A DNA stretch of 64,000 bases from an uncultured delta proteobacterium. GTDB taxonomy: Bacteria; Myxococcota_A; Polyangia; Fen-1088. Of this stretch, positions 8,867-19,164 are shown piece by piece. Both the position numbers and the translations under genes were made by a program. A model generated the notes under the pieces. It did no database searches. It saw only the letters and a program-made list of their open reading frames with translations, and was not told where the DNA came from. How positions within the stretch are numbered: position 1 is the stretch's first letter; each line of letters begins with the position of its first letter. The stretch is taken from positions 160,001 through 224,000 of the forward strand of contig CAVTRY010000011.1 of the NCBI GenBank assembly GCA_963737265.1. The letters are read 5' to 3'.

Positions 8867-10734
8867 GGCTTCACCTCTCGCCTCACCTGCACTTGGTTCC
8901 GCCTGCGTCGCTTGTGTGTGACGGCCCAGCCGGCGAGCAACACCAAGATCGGCGCCAGAAACACCGACGAGTAAAACCAAACTACATCTTGCTTGCGAGT
9001 GTGGCGCACGGGCACGTCTTCCTCGTTGTTGGCAATCCCCGACACCTCGGTTTCGCCTAGCAACCAGCGCACGGCATCCAGGGCCAGGATGGCGTTGGCG
9101 CGGTTGACGATGATGAGGTCGGACAGGGCGTCGGAGTCGCCCAGCACAAAGGCTCGGCCTTCTTCGCTTGGCCGATCTTTCTCGCCTGGCGTCGCCTTGG
9201 CCTTGCGCAAAGTGACCGCGGCGGCCACGGCGTAGGCCTTGCGCTGCTCGCTGCCAGGGTCGAATTCCAGGTTACCGTTCTTGTCGTCCCACGTGCCGGG
9301 GTCGGTATGAATGATGAGATCGACCGTCGGCGCCGGGCTCGGCAGGTCGGATGCTTTCGTGAGAGCGCCGGCCCCCGACATCACGATGGGCATCTGCGCC
9401 CCGAACGGCGCCAAGGTTGCCAGTGCGGCGTGACTTGCGTAGGTCGCGGGGGCGATTCCCATGCGGTCGGACTTTTGGTGCGTGCGCGCCCAGTAGATCC
9501 GATCGTTGGCCAGCGCGGTTTCAGAAAGCTCCAGGCCCAGCCCCTTTAGCACCGGTGCCGCTGCGGCCGCGGCATCGGGATCCGCGGCAACCAGCAAACG
9601 CCCACCGCGCTGGAAGTAGCGCAGCAGTGCCGCCGTTTCCTCGGCCAGCATGGGCCGTTGCGGGCCCACCAGCAACACCATGGCGGCATCGGCGGGAACT
9701 TCGTTGCCGAGGCCTTGCGCAAGGCCGAGGTCGCGCGTTTCCAGGTTTTGCGACTGGAGCAATTCGCGCAGGTGGCTGAGTGCGGCGCTTGGATCGCCAT
9801 CGCGGGGAGGCGTGAAGCCTTTTTCTTCGTGGCCTTGGACGCGATAGACGATGCGCTTGCCGTGCGAAAGGGTGAGGATGCGTTTGTGGACGTCCTGGTC
9901 GAGGGTGCGCAGCTTGGGCCGCGCGCTTTCGAGTTTGACAGGGATCTGCAGCTGCTCGTGCATGGTCCCGCGGGCGATGGCCACGGCGCCGTTGCTCGAA
10001 ACCCCCAGCGCCTTGGCCCGGCTGGGCTCGACCGCTTGGTCGAGCTGGGTGACGGTGACTTTCGCCGACGCGCGTTCGAGGTCGGCGAAATAGCTAGCTA
10101 GCTCCTCGGCCACTTCATTGCCGGGCGGATAGAACAAGGTCACTTCGACCGGCTTGTCGAGCGCGGCCACCAGCTTCTTGGTCGCCACGCTGGCGCGTGC
10201 GGTGCGGAAGAAGGAGAGGTCGGCCTTGATGTTGCGCTCGGCTGCCACGTAGGCGATGGCGAAGCAGAAAATGAGGGCGAATGAAATTCCCAACCCCGAT
10301 CTCATGGCGGCGTGCACGCGCCGGCTGTCGACCACCGGCGCGCGCGCCATGCCTGCCAGCGCAAGCTCGACCAACAACACCGGCAGCGTGCTTGCCAGCA
10401 TGACCGCGGGCCACAGCACCGACAGCGCGCCATCGATTTTTGGCGAGCTGACTTCCAGCGCACGGTGCCCGAACCAGGCGGGCAGGGTGTCGCGCGAGAA
10501 ATGCAGGGCGAGAGCCAAAAGTCCGAGTCCGTAGAGTAACGGCAGCACTCGCCCGACGGCTTGGCGTTTACCCTGGCGCAGCCCCAGCCCCACGGCCAGA
10601 GCAACGGCGGCGACACCAACAATCGTGGCGGTTGCACCGTTTCGCCCCGGCTCGAACACGCGCTCGCCGAGATAGACGGCGGCGAGGCCGGCGGCATAGC
10701 AGATGGACGGTGCCCTCTTGTGTGCTAGCGCCAT
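8863..10734 (-). CDS. GldG-like ABC transporter auxiliary protein with extra N-terminal TM helices
   Basis: ADLS..ATKKLVAALDKPVEV, YRVQGHEEK, LLVGPQRP, YFQRGGRLL and VLGDSD motifs; C-terminal TM. Confidence 0.8.
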   Translation of the reverse strand: MALAHKRAPSICYAAGLAAVYLGERVFEPGRNGATATIVGVAAVALAVGLGLRQGKRQAVGRVLPLLYGLGLLALALHFSRDTLPAWFGHRALEVSSPKIDGALSVLWPAVMLASTLPVLLVELALAGMARAPVVDSRRVHAAMRSGLGISFALIFCFAIAYVAAERNIKADLSFFRTARASVATKKLVAALDKPVEVTLFYPPGNEVAEELASYFADLERASAKVTVTQLDQAVEPSRAKALGVSSNGAVAIARGTMHEQLQIPVKLESARPKLRTLDQDVHKRILTLSHGKRIVYRVQGHEEKGFTPPRDGDPSAALSHLRELLQSQNLETRDLGLAQGLGNEVPADAAMVLLVGPQRPMLAEETAALLRYFQRGGRLLVAADPDAAAAAAPVLKGLGLELSETALANDRIYWARTHQKSDRMGIAPATYASHAALATLAPFGAQMPIVMSGAGALTKASDLPSPAPTVDLIIHTDPGTWDDKNGNLEFDPGSEQRKAYAVAAAVTLRKAKATPGEKDRPSEEGRAFVLGDSDALSDLIIVNRANAILALDAVRWLLGETEVSGIANNEEDVPVRHTRKQDVVWFYSSVFLAPILVLLAGWAVTHKRRRRNQVQVRREVKP

Positions 10735-11453
10735 CGTCGTGCCTCCAACACGCGGATGGAGATGAACAGCGCCGCGTAGCTGACCACGAGGTAGTAAACC
10801 ACGTCGCGCAGGTGGACGATGCCCGCCTGAAAGGGCGGAAAGTGCCGGCCCCACAGCGCGAGGGCAAGGAAGACTTCGTTGAGCGGCCGCTCGGTCACGC
10901 TGCCCAGCAGCCACACGATGACCATGCCCACGACCATGCCGCCCGAGATGATCGCAGCCAGAACCTGCGATCGCGCCAGCGCGGATCCGAGGGTGCCGAT
11001 GGCGAGCGCGGCGCTGCCGAGCAGAAGCAATCCGAGATAGCCGGCGGCGACGTGCCCGACCGAGAGCTTTCCGTTCACCAAGATGAGCAGCGGCATGAAC
11101 GAGCCCGCCAACGTCATCAGGGCGAGAAAGATGAGCGACGAGGCAAACTTGCCAAGCACGATTTCGCGCTCGCGCACCGGCGACGAGGCCAACAGAACCA
11201 TGGTCCCAGTTTGCCGCTCTTCCGCCAGCAGGCGCATGGACAGGAAGACCGAGGCGATCATGGTCGTGCCGCTTGAAAAATAGAAGAACTGGCTAAGCAC
11301 CTCGGTGGACAATCGGTCGTGCTGGCTGCCCAGGGCAAAGGCGTTGAAGAGGATGCCGTTCACGAGCAGCACGGCGGCGGCGATGACGTAGCCACTCATG
11401 GTGCGCAGGTAGGCGCCGAGCTCGCGCCGAGCGATGAGCCACGCGCCGGTCAT
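10725..11453 (-). CDS. ABC-2 permease (GldF-like)
   Basis: IARRELGAY, MRLLAEERQTGT and IVLGKF motifs. Confidence 0.88.
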   Translation of the reverse strand: MTGAWLIARRELGAYLRTMSGYVIAAAVLLVNGILFNAFALGSQHDRLSTEVLSQFFYFSSGTTMIASVFLSMRLLAEERQTGTMVLLASSPVREREIVLGKFASSLIFLALMTLAGSFMPLLILVNGKLSVGHVAAGYLGLLLLGSAALAIGTLGSALARSQVLAAIISGGMVVGMVIVWLLGSVTERPLNEVFLALALWGRHFPPFQAGIVHLRDVVYYLVVSYAALFISIRVLEARRWR

Positions 11454-12421
11454 TGTGGATCTCCCGAGGGTCGCTCTCCCGACGGTCGGTCGCCCGATGT
11501 TGGATGGGTCAGGGTCATGAAAATGGACTCCAGGCGCGAGGTGCTCTTTTCCAGCCGCAGCAGATCGCAGCCGGCCGCGACCAGCATCCTTGCCACCTCG
11601 GGCCGAATGTCGGAGCTGGACGCGATTTCGAACACCGTGCCGGCCGCCGATGTGCTTCGGCTGTATGCGCGGGTCACGCCCGAAAGTTGGGCCAAGCGCT
11701 CGGCGATGCCGACGGGCTGGCCGCGTACTTCGGCTTCGATGATTCCGCCCTCGCCCATGGCGGTCGCGAGCTCGTCCTCGCTTCCTTGCCCCACCAGTTC
11801 GCCCGCTTGAATGACCAGCAGGCGATCGCAGGTTTGGCTGATCTCGGTGAGAAAGTGGCTAGAGATGAGCACGGTGTGCAGGCCGCGCAAGCCGTGCAGC
11901 AGGTTGCGCATCTCGATGATTTGTGCCGGATCGAGGCCGGCGGAGGGCTCGTCGAGAATGAGTAGCGCCGGTTTGTGAACGATGGCCTGGGCCACGCCCA
12001 CGCGCTGGCGATAGCCGTGCGACAGCTCGCCGATGACTTCGCGGTGCATGTCGCGCAGGGCGGTCTTTTCCTCGGCCTCGGCGACGCGAGCGGCGGCGTC
12101 GCGGCCGAGCACCTGGCGCAGTCGCGCCGCGAAGGTCAGGTAGGCGCCCACGGTCATCTCGGGATAGAGCGGCGGCGTGTCGGGCAGAAACCCGATTCTG
12201 CGGCGGATTTCGTAGGGATTTTCGCCGACATCGAGACCGTCCACGCGCACGGTTCCCGAGGTCGGGAGGAGCAGACAGCCGAGAATTCGCAGGGTCGTGG
12301 TCTTCCCCGCGCCGTTCAGCCCGAGGAATCCGACCACTTCGCCCTGGGCGATGGAGAAGGAGATCTCGCGGATGGCTGCCCGCTCGCCGAAGTATTTGGA
12401 CAGCTTATGCACTTCGATCAT
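11450..12421 (-). CDS. ABC transporter ATP-binding protein (GldA-like)
   Basis: GLNGAGKTT, LSHGYRQRVG and LILDEP motifs. Confidence 0.92.
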   Translation of the reverse strand: MIEVHKLSKYFGERAAIREISFSIAQGEVVGFLGLNGAGKTTTLRILGCLLLPTSGTVRVDGLDVGENPYEIRRRIGFLPDTPPLYPEMTVGAYLTFAARLRQVLGRDAAARVAEAEEKTALRDMHREVIGELSHGYRQRVGVAQAIVHKPALLILDEPSAGLDPAQIIEMRNLLHGLRGLHTVLISSHFLTEISQTCDRLLVIQAGELVGQGSEDELATAMGEGGIIEAEVRGQPVGIAERLAQLSGVTRAYSRSTSAAGTVFEIASSSDIRPEVARMLVAAGCDLLRLEKSTSRLESIFMTLTHPTSGDRPSGERPSGDPQ

Positions 12422-12501
12422 GGCAGGGAAGTACAAGTACACAGCTTTGGCCCATCAATCAAGAGGCGGCAAACTGGGCGCGAACCCGGTACAATCAGCC
12501 C

Positions 12502-13602
12502 GTGGCGCGCGACCTCGGGATGTCATGGCTAGCCTTGCTCGTCGTGGGCGGACTTGCCTGTGCCGACGTGGACGATCCGGCCGCGGGTGGCCAGCGCTCG
12601 GACGCAAGCGCCTCTCAGCTCGACGCGGATGATCGGGGCTTGTGCCATGTCGAGGCATCGGTCGCTCTCCTCCAGCCGAAGCAGGCAGATGTGCTGATTC
12701 TGCTCGATCGATCGGGCTCGATGGGCACGGCTTTTGGAGCCGACACACGCTACCAGGCCGTCACGGCGCTCCTGTCGGATATGGTCGCGAGCTATGCGAA
12801 CCACCTGCGTTTCGGGCTGCAGGAAATGCCAGGTAGCGAGATATGTGGACCACAGTCGGTCCCTGGCTGCTGCGTATCCCCGCCCTCGATCGTGACCGCG
12901 CCAAACAATGCCCAGGCGATACTGACGACCCTCGGTGTCGCGGGGACACTCGACGGGAACTCACCCACGGCGGCTGCGCTGCAGGCGGCGCACGCGTATT
13001 TCGCTGGCCTTGACGACGGCGTCGAGAATCGTTACGTCCTGCTGGCCACCGACGGAGCACCCAACTGCACGGTGACGGGGCAACTGATGAACGCCGACAC
13101 CTTGGACTCCCAGGGCACGCGTATCGCCGGCCCATGTTTCGATGCCTTGAAGGAAGTGGATGACCTGGTTGCCGACGGCGTGGACGTGATCGTGCTGGGC
13201 GTCGACTCCGATCTTGGCGATGACCTCGACGGACAGCTAGGCTGCCTCGATGCTCTGGGCCAGGCTGGTGGGGTTTCGGCGGGCAGTCCGGCGTTTTATG
13301 GCGTGAGCGACCCGCTGCCGTTGCAATTGAAGCTCGAACAAATCTTCGGTGGCGTCACGCGCGCGTCCTGCTCGTTGTCATTGCCATACGCCACGCCAAA
13401 TTCGAAACCTTTCGTCTTCCTTGACGGGCAAGAGATTCCGAGCGACCCGACTGGCCAGTCGGGTGACGGTTGGTTCCTCGACGCGACGCAAGTCCCACCC
13501 GCGGTTCACATCACTGGCGCGTACTGCTTCCAGATACAGCGTTTCGACGCCACGCAGATCCTGGCGCGCTACCAATGCGAGCCGGGGCCGCCATCCTACT
13601 AG
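12502..13602 (+). CDS. vWA-domain lipoprotein
   Basis: Lipobox GLAC, DVLILLDRSGSM (MIDAS), LLATDGAPNC. Confidence 0.8.
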   Translation: MARDLGMSWLALLVVGGLACADVDDPAAGGQRSDASASQLDADDRGLCHVEASVALLQPKQADVLILLDRSGSMGTAFGADTRYQAVTALLSDMVASYANHLRFGLQEMPGSEICGPQSVPGCCVSPPSIVTAPNNAQAILTTLGVAGTLDGNSPTAAALQAAHAYFAGLDDGVENRYVLLATDGAPNCTVTGQLMNADTLDSQGTRIAGPCFDALKEVDDLVADGVDVIVLGVDSDLGDDLDGQLGCLDALGQAGGVSAGSPAFYGVSDPLPLQLKLEQIFGGVTRASCSLSLPYATPNSKPFVFLDGQEIPSDPTGQSGDGWFLDATQVPPAVHITGAYCFQIQRFDATQILARYQCEPGPPSY

Positions 13603-13622
13603 CGTTGCGCGCCGCGCTCCTG

Positions 13623-15563
13623 TCACGGCTCCGCGAGACTGGCCAGGAACGAATGCAACTCGGCGGAGGACTTCTCCCAGTCTGCCATGCGCTTAGCCAG
13701 AAGCGAGTCGAGCTCGGGCTCCTTGTCGGCGAGCTCGTGCAGCTTCTTCCAGTCGCCGCCGTGATCCTCGCCGAGCTTCGCGCGCAAAGCCGCGAGCTCG
13801 CCCTCGACGCGCGCGATTTCCTCCTCCAGCGAGGCCACCAGGCGTTCGAGCCGGCGCTGCTGGCGCTCGCGGTCCTTTTTGGCCACGCGCACCGTTTCCG
13901 ACGACGACTGGGTTGGGCGCGGGGCGGGCGCGATCTCGACCGGTGGCTTGCTGGTCGCGGTCTGCTGGCGCCGATAGTCGCGCCAGTCGGAGTAGTTGCC
14001 GATGTGGGGCTCGAGGCCGTCGCCCGTGAACACGTAGAGCCGCTTGCAAATCCGATCGAGAAAGTAACGATCGTGGCTGATGACGACGAGAGTGCCCTCG
14101 AATCCGTCGAGGGCGCGCTCCAGCGTCTCGCGCGCGGGAATGTCGAGGTGGTTGGTGGGCTCGTCCATGACCAAGACGTTGCGCGGAAAGAGCAGCATCT
14201 TGGCCAGCGCCAGTCGACTGCGCTCGCCGCCGGAAAAGCCACGCACGGTGCGAAAACCGTCGTCGCCGAAAAAGCGAAACTTGGCCAAGTACTGGCGTAC
14301 GACTTCGGGCGAAAGATCGTTGCGAATGGCCTGGATTTCCTCGATGGCGGTGCGGTCTTCCGACAGCGAGCTGAGTTTTTGATCGAAGTAGCCCAGGCGC
14401 ACGCCAGCGCCGCGCTCGATGGTGCCGGCGAGTGGGGGCAGCTCGCCGACCAGGGTCTTGACCAGCGTGCTCTTGCCGCAGCCGTTCGGGCCCACGATGC
14501 CAACGCGATCGCCGCGGTAGATGTTGATTGTGACGTCGTTGAGAATGGGCTTGCCCGGATAGCCGACGGAAATCCGAGGCGCGCGGATGATCTCCTTGCC
14601 GCCTAAGTCGCCGCCGGTGGAAAAGCGCAGGGCGATCTTGCCCGCGAGCTGCCAATTGTCTTCGGGGCGCTCCAACCGGTCGAGTTTTTCCAGCATGCGG
14701 CGCCGGCTCTGCGCCTGTTTGGTATTCTGCCCGGCGAGGTTCTTGCGGATGAAGTTCTCGGTCTTCTCGACGTGTTCCTTCTGCCGCTCGTACTCGACGC
14801 GGGCGCGCTCCAGGCGGGCGTCGCGTTCCACCACGTACTTGTCGTAGGGATAGGCATAGCGGACGAATTCGCCGTCCTCGAGCTCGATGATTTCGCGACA
14901 GGTGCGCTGGATGAACGCCCGGTCGTGCGAGACCACCAAGAACGCGCCCGGATAGTCGCCAAGGTGCGCCTCCAGGCGCTCGATGGCGGCCAAGTCGAGG
15001 TGGTTGGTGGGCTCGTCGAGCAGAAGCAAGTCGGGCCGGCGCGCGAGCACCTTGGCCAGCTCCAGCCGGCCGCGTTCGCCGCCGGATAGCGTGGTCACGG
15101 AGCGGGACAGATCCGCCGTGGAGAGCCCGACCTCCTCGGTGAGCATGCGCACGCGGTTTTCGATGTCGTAGCCATTTTCGATGCGATAGCGTTCTTGCAG
15201 CTCGCCGTAGCGCCGAAGCTCGGCGGGATCCGCGGCGCCCAAGCGCGCTTCGAGCTGCGCCATCTCGTCGTGCATGGCACGCAGATGCGCGAAGGGCTCG
15301 AGCAGGGCATCGAGCACTGTGCCGTCGCCTGTTTGCTGCTGCGACTGTTCGAGGTAGGCCACGCTGGCGCGCCCGAGCACGCGCGCGTCGCCGGCGTCCG
15401 CCGCCAGCTTGCCGGCGAGAAGCTTGAGCACGGTGGACTTGCCGGTTCCGTTGGGACCGAGCAAGGCCAGCCGATCGCCGGGTCGGATGAGCAGGGACGC
15501 GCCGGTTAGGATCTCCTTGCCTGGAAAGGCAAAGTGAACGTCGGCGAACTGGGCAAGGGACAT
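13623..15563 (-). CDS. ABC-F family ATPase (Uup/YheS-like)
   Basis: Two ABC domains (GPNGTGKS and GPNGCGKS, LSGGE/FSGGE, DEPTNHLD twice), no TM, C-terminal coiled coil. Confidence 0.93.
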   Translation of the reverse strand: MSLAQFADVHFAFPGKEILTGASLLIRPGDRLALLGPNGTGKSTVLKLLAGKLAADAGDARVLGRASVAYLEQSQQQTGDGTVLDALLEPFAHLRAMHDEMAQLEARLGAADPAELRRYGELQERYRIENGYDIENRVRMLTEEVGLSTADLSRSVTTLSGGERGRLELAKVLARRPDLLLLDEPTNHLDLAAIERLEAHLGDYPGAFLVVSHDRAFIQRTCREIIELEDGEFVRYAYPYDKYVVERDARLERARVEYERQKEHVEKTENFIRKNLAGQNTKQAQSRRRMLEKLDRLERPEDNWQLAGKIALRFSTGGDLGGKEIIRAPRISVGYPGKPILNDVTINIYRGDRVGIVGPNGCGKSTLVKTLVGELPPLAGTIERGAGVRLGYFDQKLSSLSEDRTAIEEIQAIRNDLSPEVVRQYLAKFRFFGDDGFRTVRGFSGGERSRLALAKMLLFPRNVLVMDEPTNHLDIPARETLERALDGFEGTLVVISHDRYFLDRICKRLYVFTGDGLEPHIGNYSDWRDYRRQQTATSKPPVEIAPAPRPTQSSSETVRVAKKDRERQQRRLERLVASLEEEIARVEGELAALRAKLGEDHGGDWKKLHELADKEPELDSLLAKRMADWEKSSAELHSFLASLAEP

Positions 15564-15564
15564 A

Positions 15565-15690
15565 AGAAGAATACTTTTTCACCACAGAGACACAGAGGCC
15601 GCAGAGACCGGAAAGGGAAGGGGTTCCGGATCCCAAATCCGAGCCCTTCTTTTCTCCTCGCCTCTGTGTTCTCTGTGCTCTCTGTGGTAA
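15565..15690. repeat. palindromic dispersed element, copy 1 (intergenic)
   Basis: ACCACAGAGA (15581-90) and TCTCTGTGGT (15679-88) arms with CACAGAG-type periodicity; flank and interior homologous to the copy at 48561-48718. Confidence 0.85.
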
Positions 15691-15703
15691 TTTCCGCGAG
15701 TCG

Positions 15704-16783
15704 CTACCCGTTCTTGTGGGCGAACTCGCGCATGTGGGTGGCGAGGGCCTGGCACCCCTCGACGGGCATTCCGTTGTAGATGGAGGCGCGGATGCCGCCG
15801 ACCGTGCGGTAGCCCTTGAGCGCCAGCATGTCCTTGGCCGAGGCTTCCTTGAGAAACTTGTCGGTCAGCTCGTCGCTCGGCAGCTTGAAGGTGACGTTCA
15901 TGTGGCTGCGCACGGCCTTGTCGGACACCGTTCCCTTATAATAGCCGCTCGATTCGTCGATGGCGTCGTAGATGAGCTTGGCCTTTTCGGCGTTACGCTT
16001 CTCGATGGCGCCGAGGCCGCCCTGTCGTTCCATCCAGCGGAAGGTTTCGAGCAGCACGTAGATGCCGAAGGTCGGCGGCGTGTTGAGGCAGCTCTTGGCG
16101 TCGGCGTGCGCCTTGTAGTTGAAAATTTTGGGCACGCTTTTGGGGATGCGATCGTAGAGATCCTTGCGCACGATCATCAGCACCACGCCCGACGGGCCGA
16201 GGTTTTTCTGGGCACCCGCGTAGATGACGCCGGTGCGCGCCACGGGGTGGGGACGCGACATGATTTCCGAGCTGGCGTCGACCACCAAGGTCGGGTGCGA
16301 CGGCCACTCGACGAAGCGGTTGCCGTGCACGGTCTCGTTGGAGCAGATGTGCAGATAGGCTGCGCCGGGATCGGCGGCGATGGGAGCGGGCAGCCGGTCG
16401 AACGCAGTCGCGTCGCTGGATGCGACGACGCGGATCTTGTCGCTGGCCAGGCTCTTCGCGACATCAGCTGCCTTCTTCGACCATTCGCCGCTGACGACAT
16501 AGTCAGCGGGGCCGGACAGAAAATTCATCGGGATGACAGCGAACTGCTGGGTGGCACCGCCTTGAAGAAAGAGCACGTCGTGGGTGTCGGGAATGCCGAG
16601 CAGACTTCGGCAGCGGGCGATAGTCTCATCGAGAACACCGTCGAACTCCTTGCCGCGGTGACTGCATTCGGCGATGCCGAAACCCTTGCCTTGGTAGTCC
16701 AGCAGGGCGGCGGCCGAAGCCTCAAGGACTTCGTGAGGAAGCGTGGCGGGGCCGGCGGCGAAGTTGAAGACGCGCTTTTTCAT
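15704..16783 (-). CDS. serC: phosphoserine aminotransferase
   Basis: RVFNFAAGPATLP, SHRG, LQGGAT, AGAQKNLGPSG, NTPP and GYRTVGGIRAS motifs. Confidence 0.96.
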   Translation of the reverse strand: MKKRVFNFAAGPATLPHEVLEASAAALLDYQGKGFGIAECSHRGKEFDGVLDETIARCRSLLGIPDTHDVLFLQGGATQQFAVIPMNFLSGPADYVVSGEWSKKAADVAKSLASDKIRVVASSDATAFDRLPAPIAADPGAAYLHICSNETVHGNRFVEWPSHPTLVVDASSEIMSRPHPVARTGVIYAGAQKNLGPSGVVLMIVRKDLYDRIPKSVPKIFNYKAHADAKSCLNTPPTFGIYVLLETFRWMERQGGLGAIEKRNAEKAKLIYDAIDESSGYYKGTVSDKAVRSHMNVTFKLPSDELTDKFLKEASAKDMLALKGYRTVGGIRASIYNGMPVEGCQALATHMREFAHKNG

Positions 16784-16938
16784 CCGGCTAGCATAGTCGA
16801 AGCGCCCTGTCCTTTCCAGCCCTGGCAGGTGGATCCCGCATTTGACAGCGGGGCCCTTTAGTACGTAGATAGACAGCGGATTTTCCCAACAGGGGCGCGT
16901 CAGTGCGCGCCTCGAACCTATGCAATGAAGGAGATCTC

Positions 16939-17238
16939 ATGACCCGTACACTCAAGGCGCTATCGGCTCTGGTACTCGGTGGAATGCTTCTCGTCGGCAC
17001 CGGCTGCGAGGACAAGGAGTGCAAGGACGCTCTCGCCAAGGCGACTTCCGCGCAGGCCGCTTCCGAGACGGCGGCGAAGGCCAAGGACGCCGAAATTGGC
17101 GCGCTCAGGGCCAGGCTTTCGGCTTCCGAGCAAGCTCTTGCCGCGGCTCGGAAGGAAGTCGAAGCTGCCAAGGCCGCCCCGAAGCCGGAGGAGCCCGCTC
17201 CGGTCGCTCCCGCGAAGAAAGCCGGCAAGAAGAAGTAG
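16939..17238 (+). CDS. small coiled-coil lipoprotein
   Basis: AAGGAG RBS, lipobox GTGC, Ala/Lys-rich heptads. Confidence 0.7.
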   Translation: MTRTLKALSALVLGGMLLVGTGCEDKECKDALAKATSAQAASETAAKAKDAEIGALRARLSASEQALAAARKEVEAAKAAPKPEEPAPVAPAKKAGKKK

Positions 17239-17274
17239 TTGCTGGACGCGCCCCTGACGGGCGCGGTGTCCGCG

Positions 17275-17311
17275 AAAAGGGGCCTCACCTAGCGGTGAGC
17301 GCCCCTTTTTT
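17275..17311. terminator. bidirectional intrinsic terminator
   Basis: AAAAGGGGC-CTCACC-tagc-GGTGAG-c-GCCCCTTTTTT between convergent genes. Confidence 0.75.
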
Positions 17312-17316
17312 GCAGG

Positions 17317-19101
17317 CTACTTTCTCGCCGCGAGAACTCGCGTGCGCAAAGCCTCGTTCTGCTGCCACAGCTCTTCCGGCATGCGCGTGCCGAAGGTCTC
17401 GAAAAACTGCCCGACGGCATCGATTTCGGCCAGCCAATCCTTGGGATGAATCGCGAGCAATTTGGTCATGGTCTCCCGCGGAAGATCGAGCCCTGTCATG
17501 TCGATGTCCTTGGGATTGGGCACGATGCCGATGGGGGTTTCCACGCCATCGACTTCATTGCGATAGCGCGCCAGGATCCATTCCAGGATGCGCAGGTTCT
17601 CGCCGAATCCAGGCCACAGGAACTTGCCATTCTCGTCGGTGCGGAACCAATTCACGTGGAAGATTTTCGGCGGCCGGCGAATGCGCGTTCCCATGTCCAG
17701 CCAGTGCCCGAAGTAGTCTGCCATGTTGTAGCCGCAGAACGGCAGCATGGCCATCGGGTCGCGGCGAACCTCGCCGACGGCGCCGACCTGAGCGGCCGTG
17801 CGCTCGCTGGCCATGCTCGCCCCCATGTACACGCCATGCTCCCAGTTGAAAGCTTCATAGACGAGCGGGGCCAAGGTGGCGCGACGGCCACCGAAGATAA
17901 TGGCCGAGATGGGCACGCCGTGGTGGTGCTCGAAGCGGAACGAGTGGGTCGGACAGTTGGTGAATGGTGCGGTAAAGCGGCTGTTGGGATGGGCCGCAAG
18001 CACGGGTTTGTCGTCCTTTCCGACCATGCCCGCCTTCCATGGCTTGCCCTGCCAGTCGATCGCCTCGGCGGGCGGTGGATCGTCGTGGCCTTCCCACCAA
18101 ACCGTACCGTCAGGCTTGAGCGCGACGTTGGTGTAGATGGTGTCGTTCTTGATGGTGGCCATCGCGTTGTAGTTGGTCTTTGAGTTGGTGCCCGGCACGA
18201 CGCCGAAGTAGCCCATCTCGGGGTTGACCGCCCAAAGCCGGCCATCCGTGTCGACTTTCATCCAGGCGATGTCGTCACCCACCGTCCAGATGCGATAGCC
18301 CTTCATCTTCAGGCCTTCCGGCGGCAGGAGCATGGCCAGGTTGGTCTTGCCGCACGCGCTGGGGAAGGCTGCCGCGATATACTGGACTCGGCCGACGGGT
18401 TCTTCGATGCCGAGGATGAGCATGTGCTCGGCCAACCACTTTTCCCGTTGCGCTTGCACCGAGGCGATGCGCAGGGCGAGGCATTTCTTGCCGAGCAGCA
18501 CGTTCCCGCCGTAGCCCGAGCCCACCGACCAGATGGCATTGTCCTCGGGAAAATGGAGGATGAGGCGGCGATTGACGTCGAGCTCCGCCTTGCTGTGCAG
18601 GCACCGCGTAAATTCGCCGTTGGGACCCAGGGCATCGAGGACACCTTCCCCCATGCGGGTCATGATGCGCATGTTGAGCACCACATAAATACTGTCGGTG
18701 AGCTCGATGCCGATCTTCGAGAACGGGGATCCGATGGGCCCCATGGCGAACGGCACGACATACATCGCGCGGCCCTTCATCGCGCCGGCGAAGAGCTCAC
18801 GCGCCTTGTGGTACGCCTCGCGCGGGCTCATCCAGTTGTTGGTCGGGCCCGCGTCGCCCTGAAAACTGGTGCAGATGTACGTCAGGTGCTCGGTGCGCGC
18901 GACATCGTTGGCCGCCGTGCGGTGCAGGTAACATCCCGGCAGCACTGTCTGATTTAGCTCCAAGATTTCACCCGACTTGAGCGCTTCGGCGGTCAGGTGC
19001 CGCTTCTCCTCCTCGGATCCGTCACACCAGTAGACGCTGCCGGGCTGGCACATGGCCGCCATGCGATCGACCCATTCTTGAACGTGCGCATACTTGATCA
19101 T
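17317..19101 (-). CDS. pckG: phosphoenolpyruvate carboxykinase [GTP]
   Basis: GSGYGGN, KKCLALR, WLAEHM, FPSACGKTNLAM, VGDDIAW, HPNSRF and RRDPMAMLPFCGY motifs; alternative TTG start at 19140. Confidence 0.96.
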   Translation of the reverse strand: MIKYAHVQEWVDRMAAMCQPGSVYWCDGSEEEKRHLTAEALKSGEILELNQTVLPGCYLHRTAANDVARTEHLTYICTSFQGDAGPTNNWMSPREAYHKARELFAGAMKGRAMYVVPFAMGPIGSPFSKIGIELTDSIYVVLNMRIMTRMGEGVLDALGPNGEFTRCLHSKAELDVNRRLILHFPEDNAIWSVGSGYGGNVLLGKKCLALRIASVQAQREKWLAEHMLILGIEEPVGRVQYIAAAFPSACGKTNLAMLLPPEGLKMKGYRIWTVGDDIAWMKVDTDGRLWAVNPEMGYFGVVPGTNSKTNYNAMATIKNDTIYTNVALKPDGTVWWEGHDDPPPAEAIDWQGKPWKAGMVGKDDKPVLAAHPNSRFTAPFTNCPTHSFRFEHHHGVPISAIIFGGRRATLAPLVYEAFNWEHGVYMGASMASERTAAQVGAVGEVRRDPMAMLPFCGYNMADYFGHWLDMGTRIRRPPKIFHVNWFRTDENGKFLWPGFGENLRILEWILARYRNEVDGVETPIGIVPNPKDIDMTGLDLPRETMTKLLAIHPKDWLAEIDAVGQFFETFGTRMPEELWQQNEALRTRVLAARK

Positions 19102-19164
19102 GTCGAGGGAATTTCTGGCACGCGGCGCGGTGCCGGTCAACAGCCGGATGCGGAAGGACTGGCG

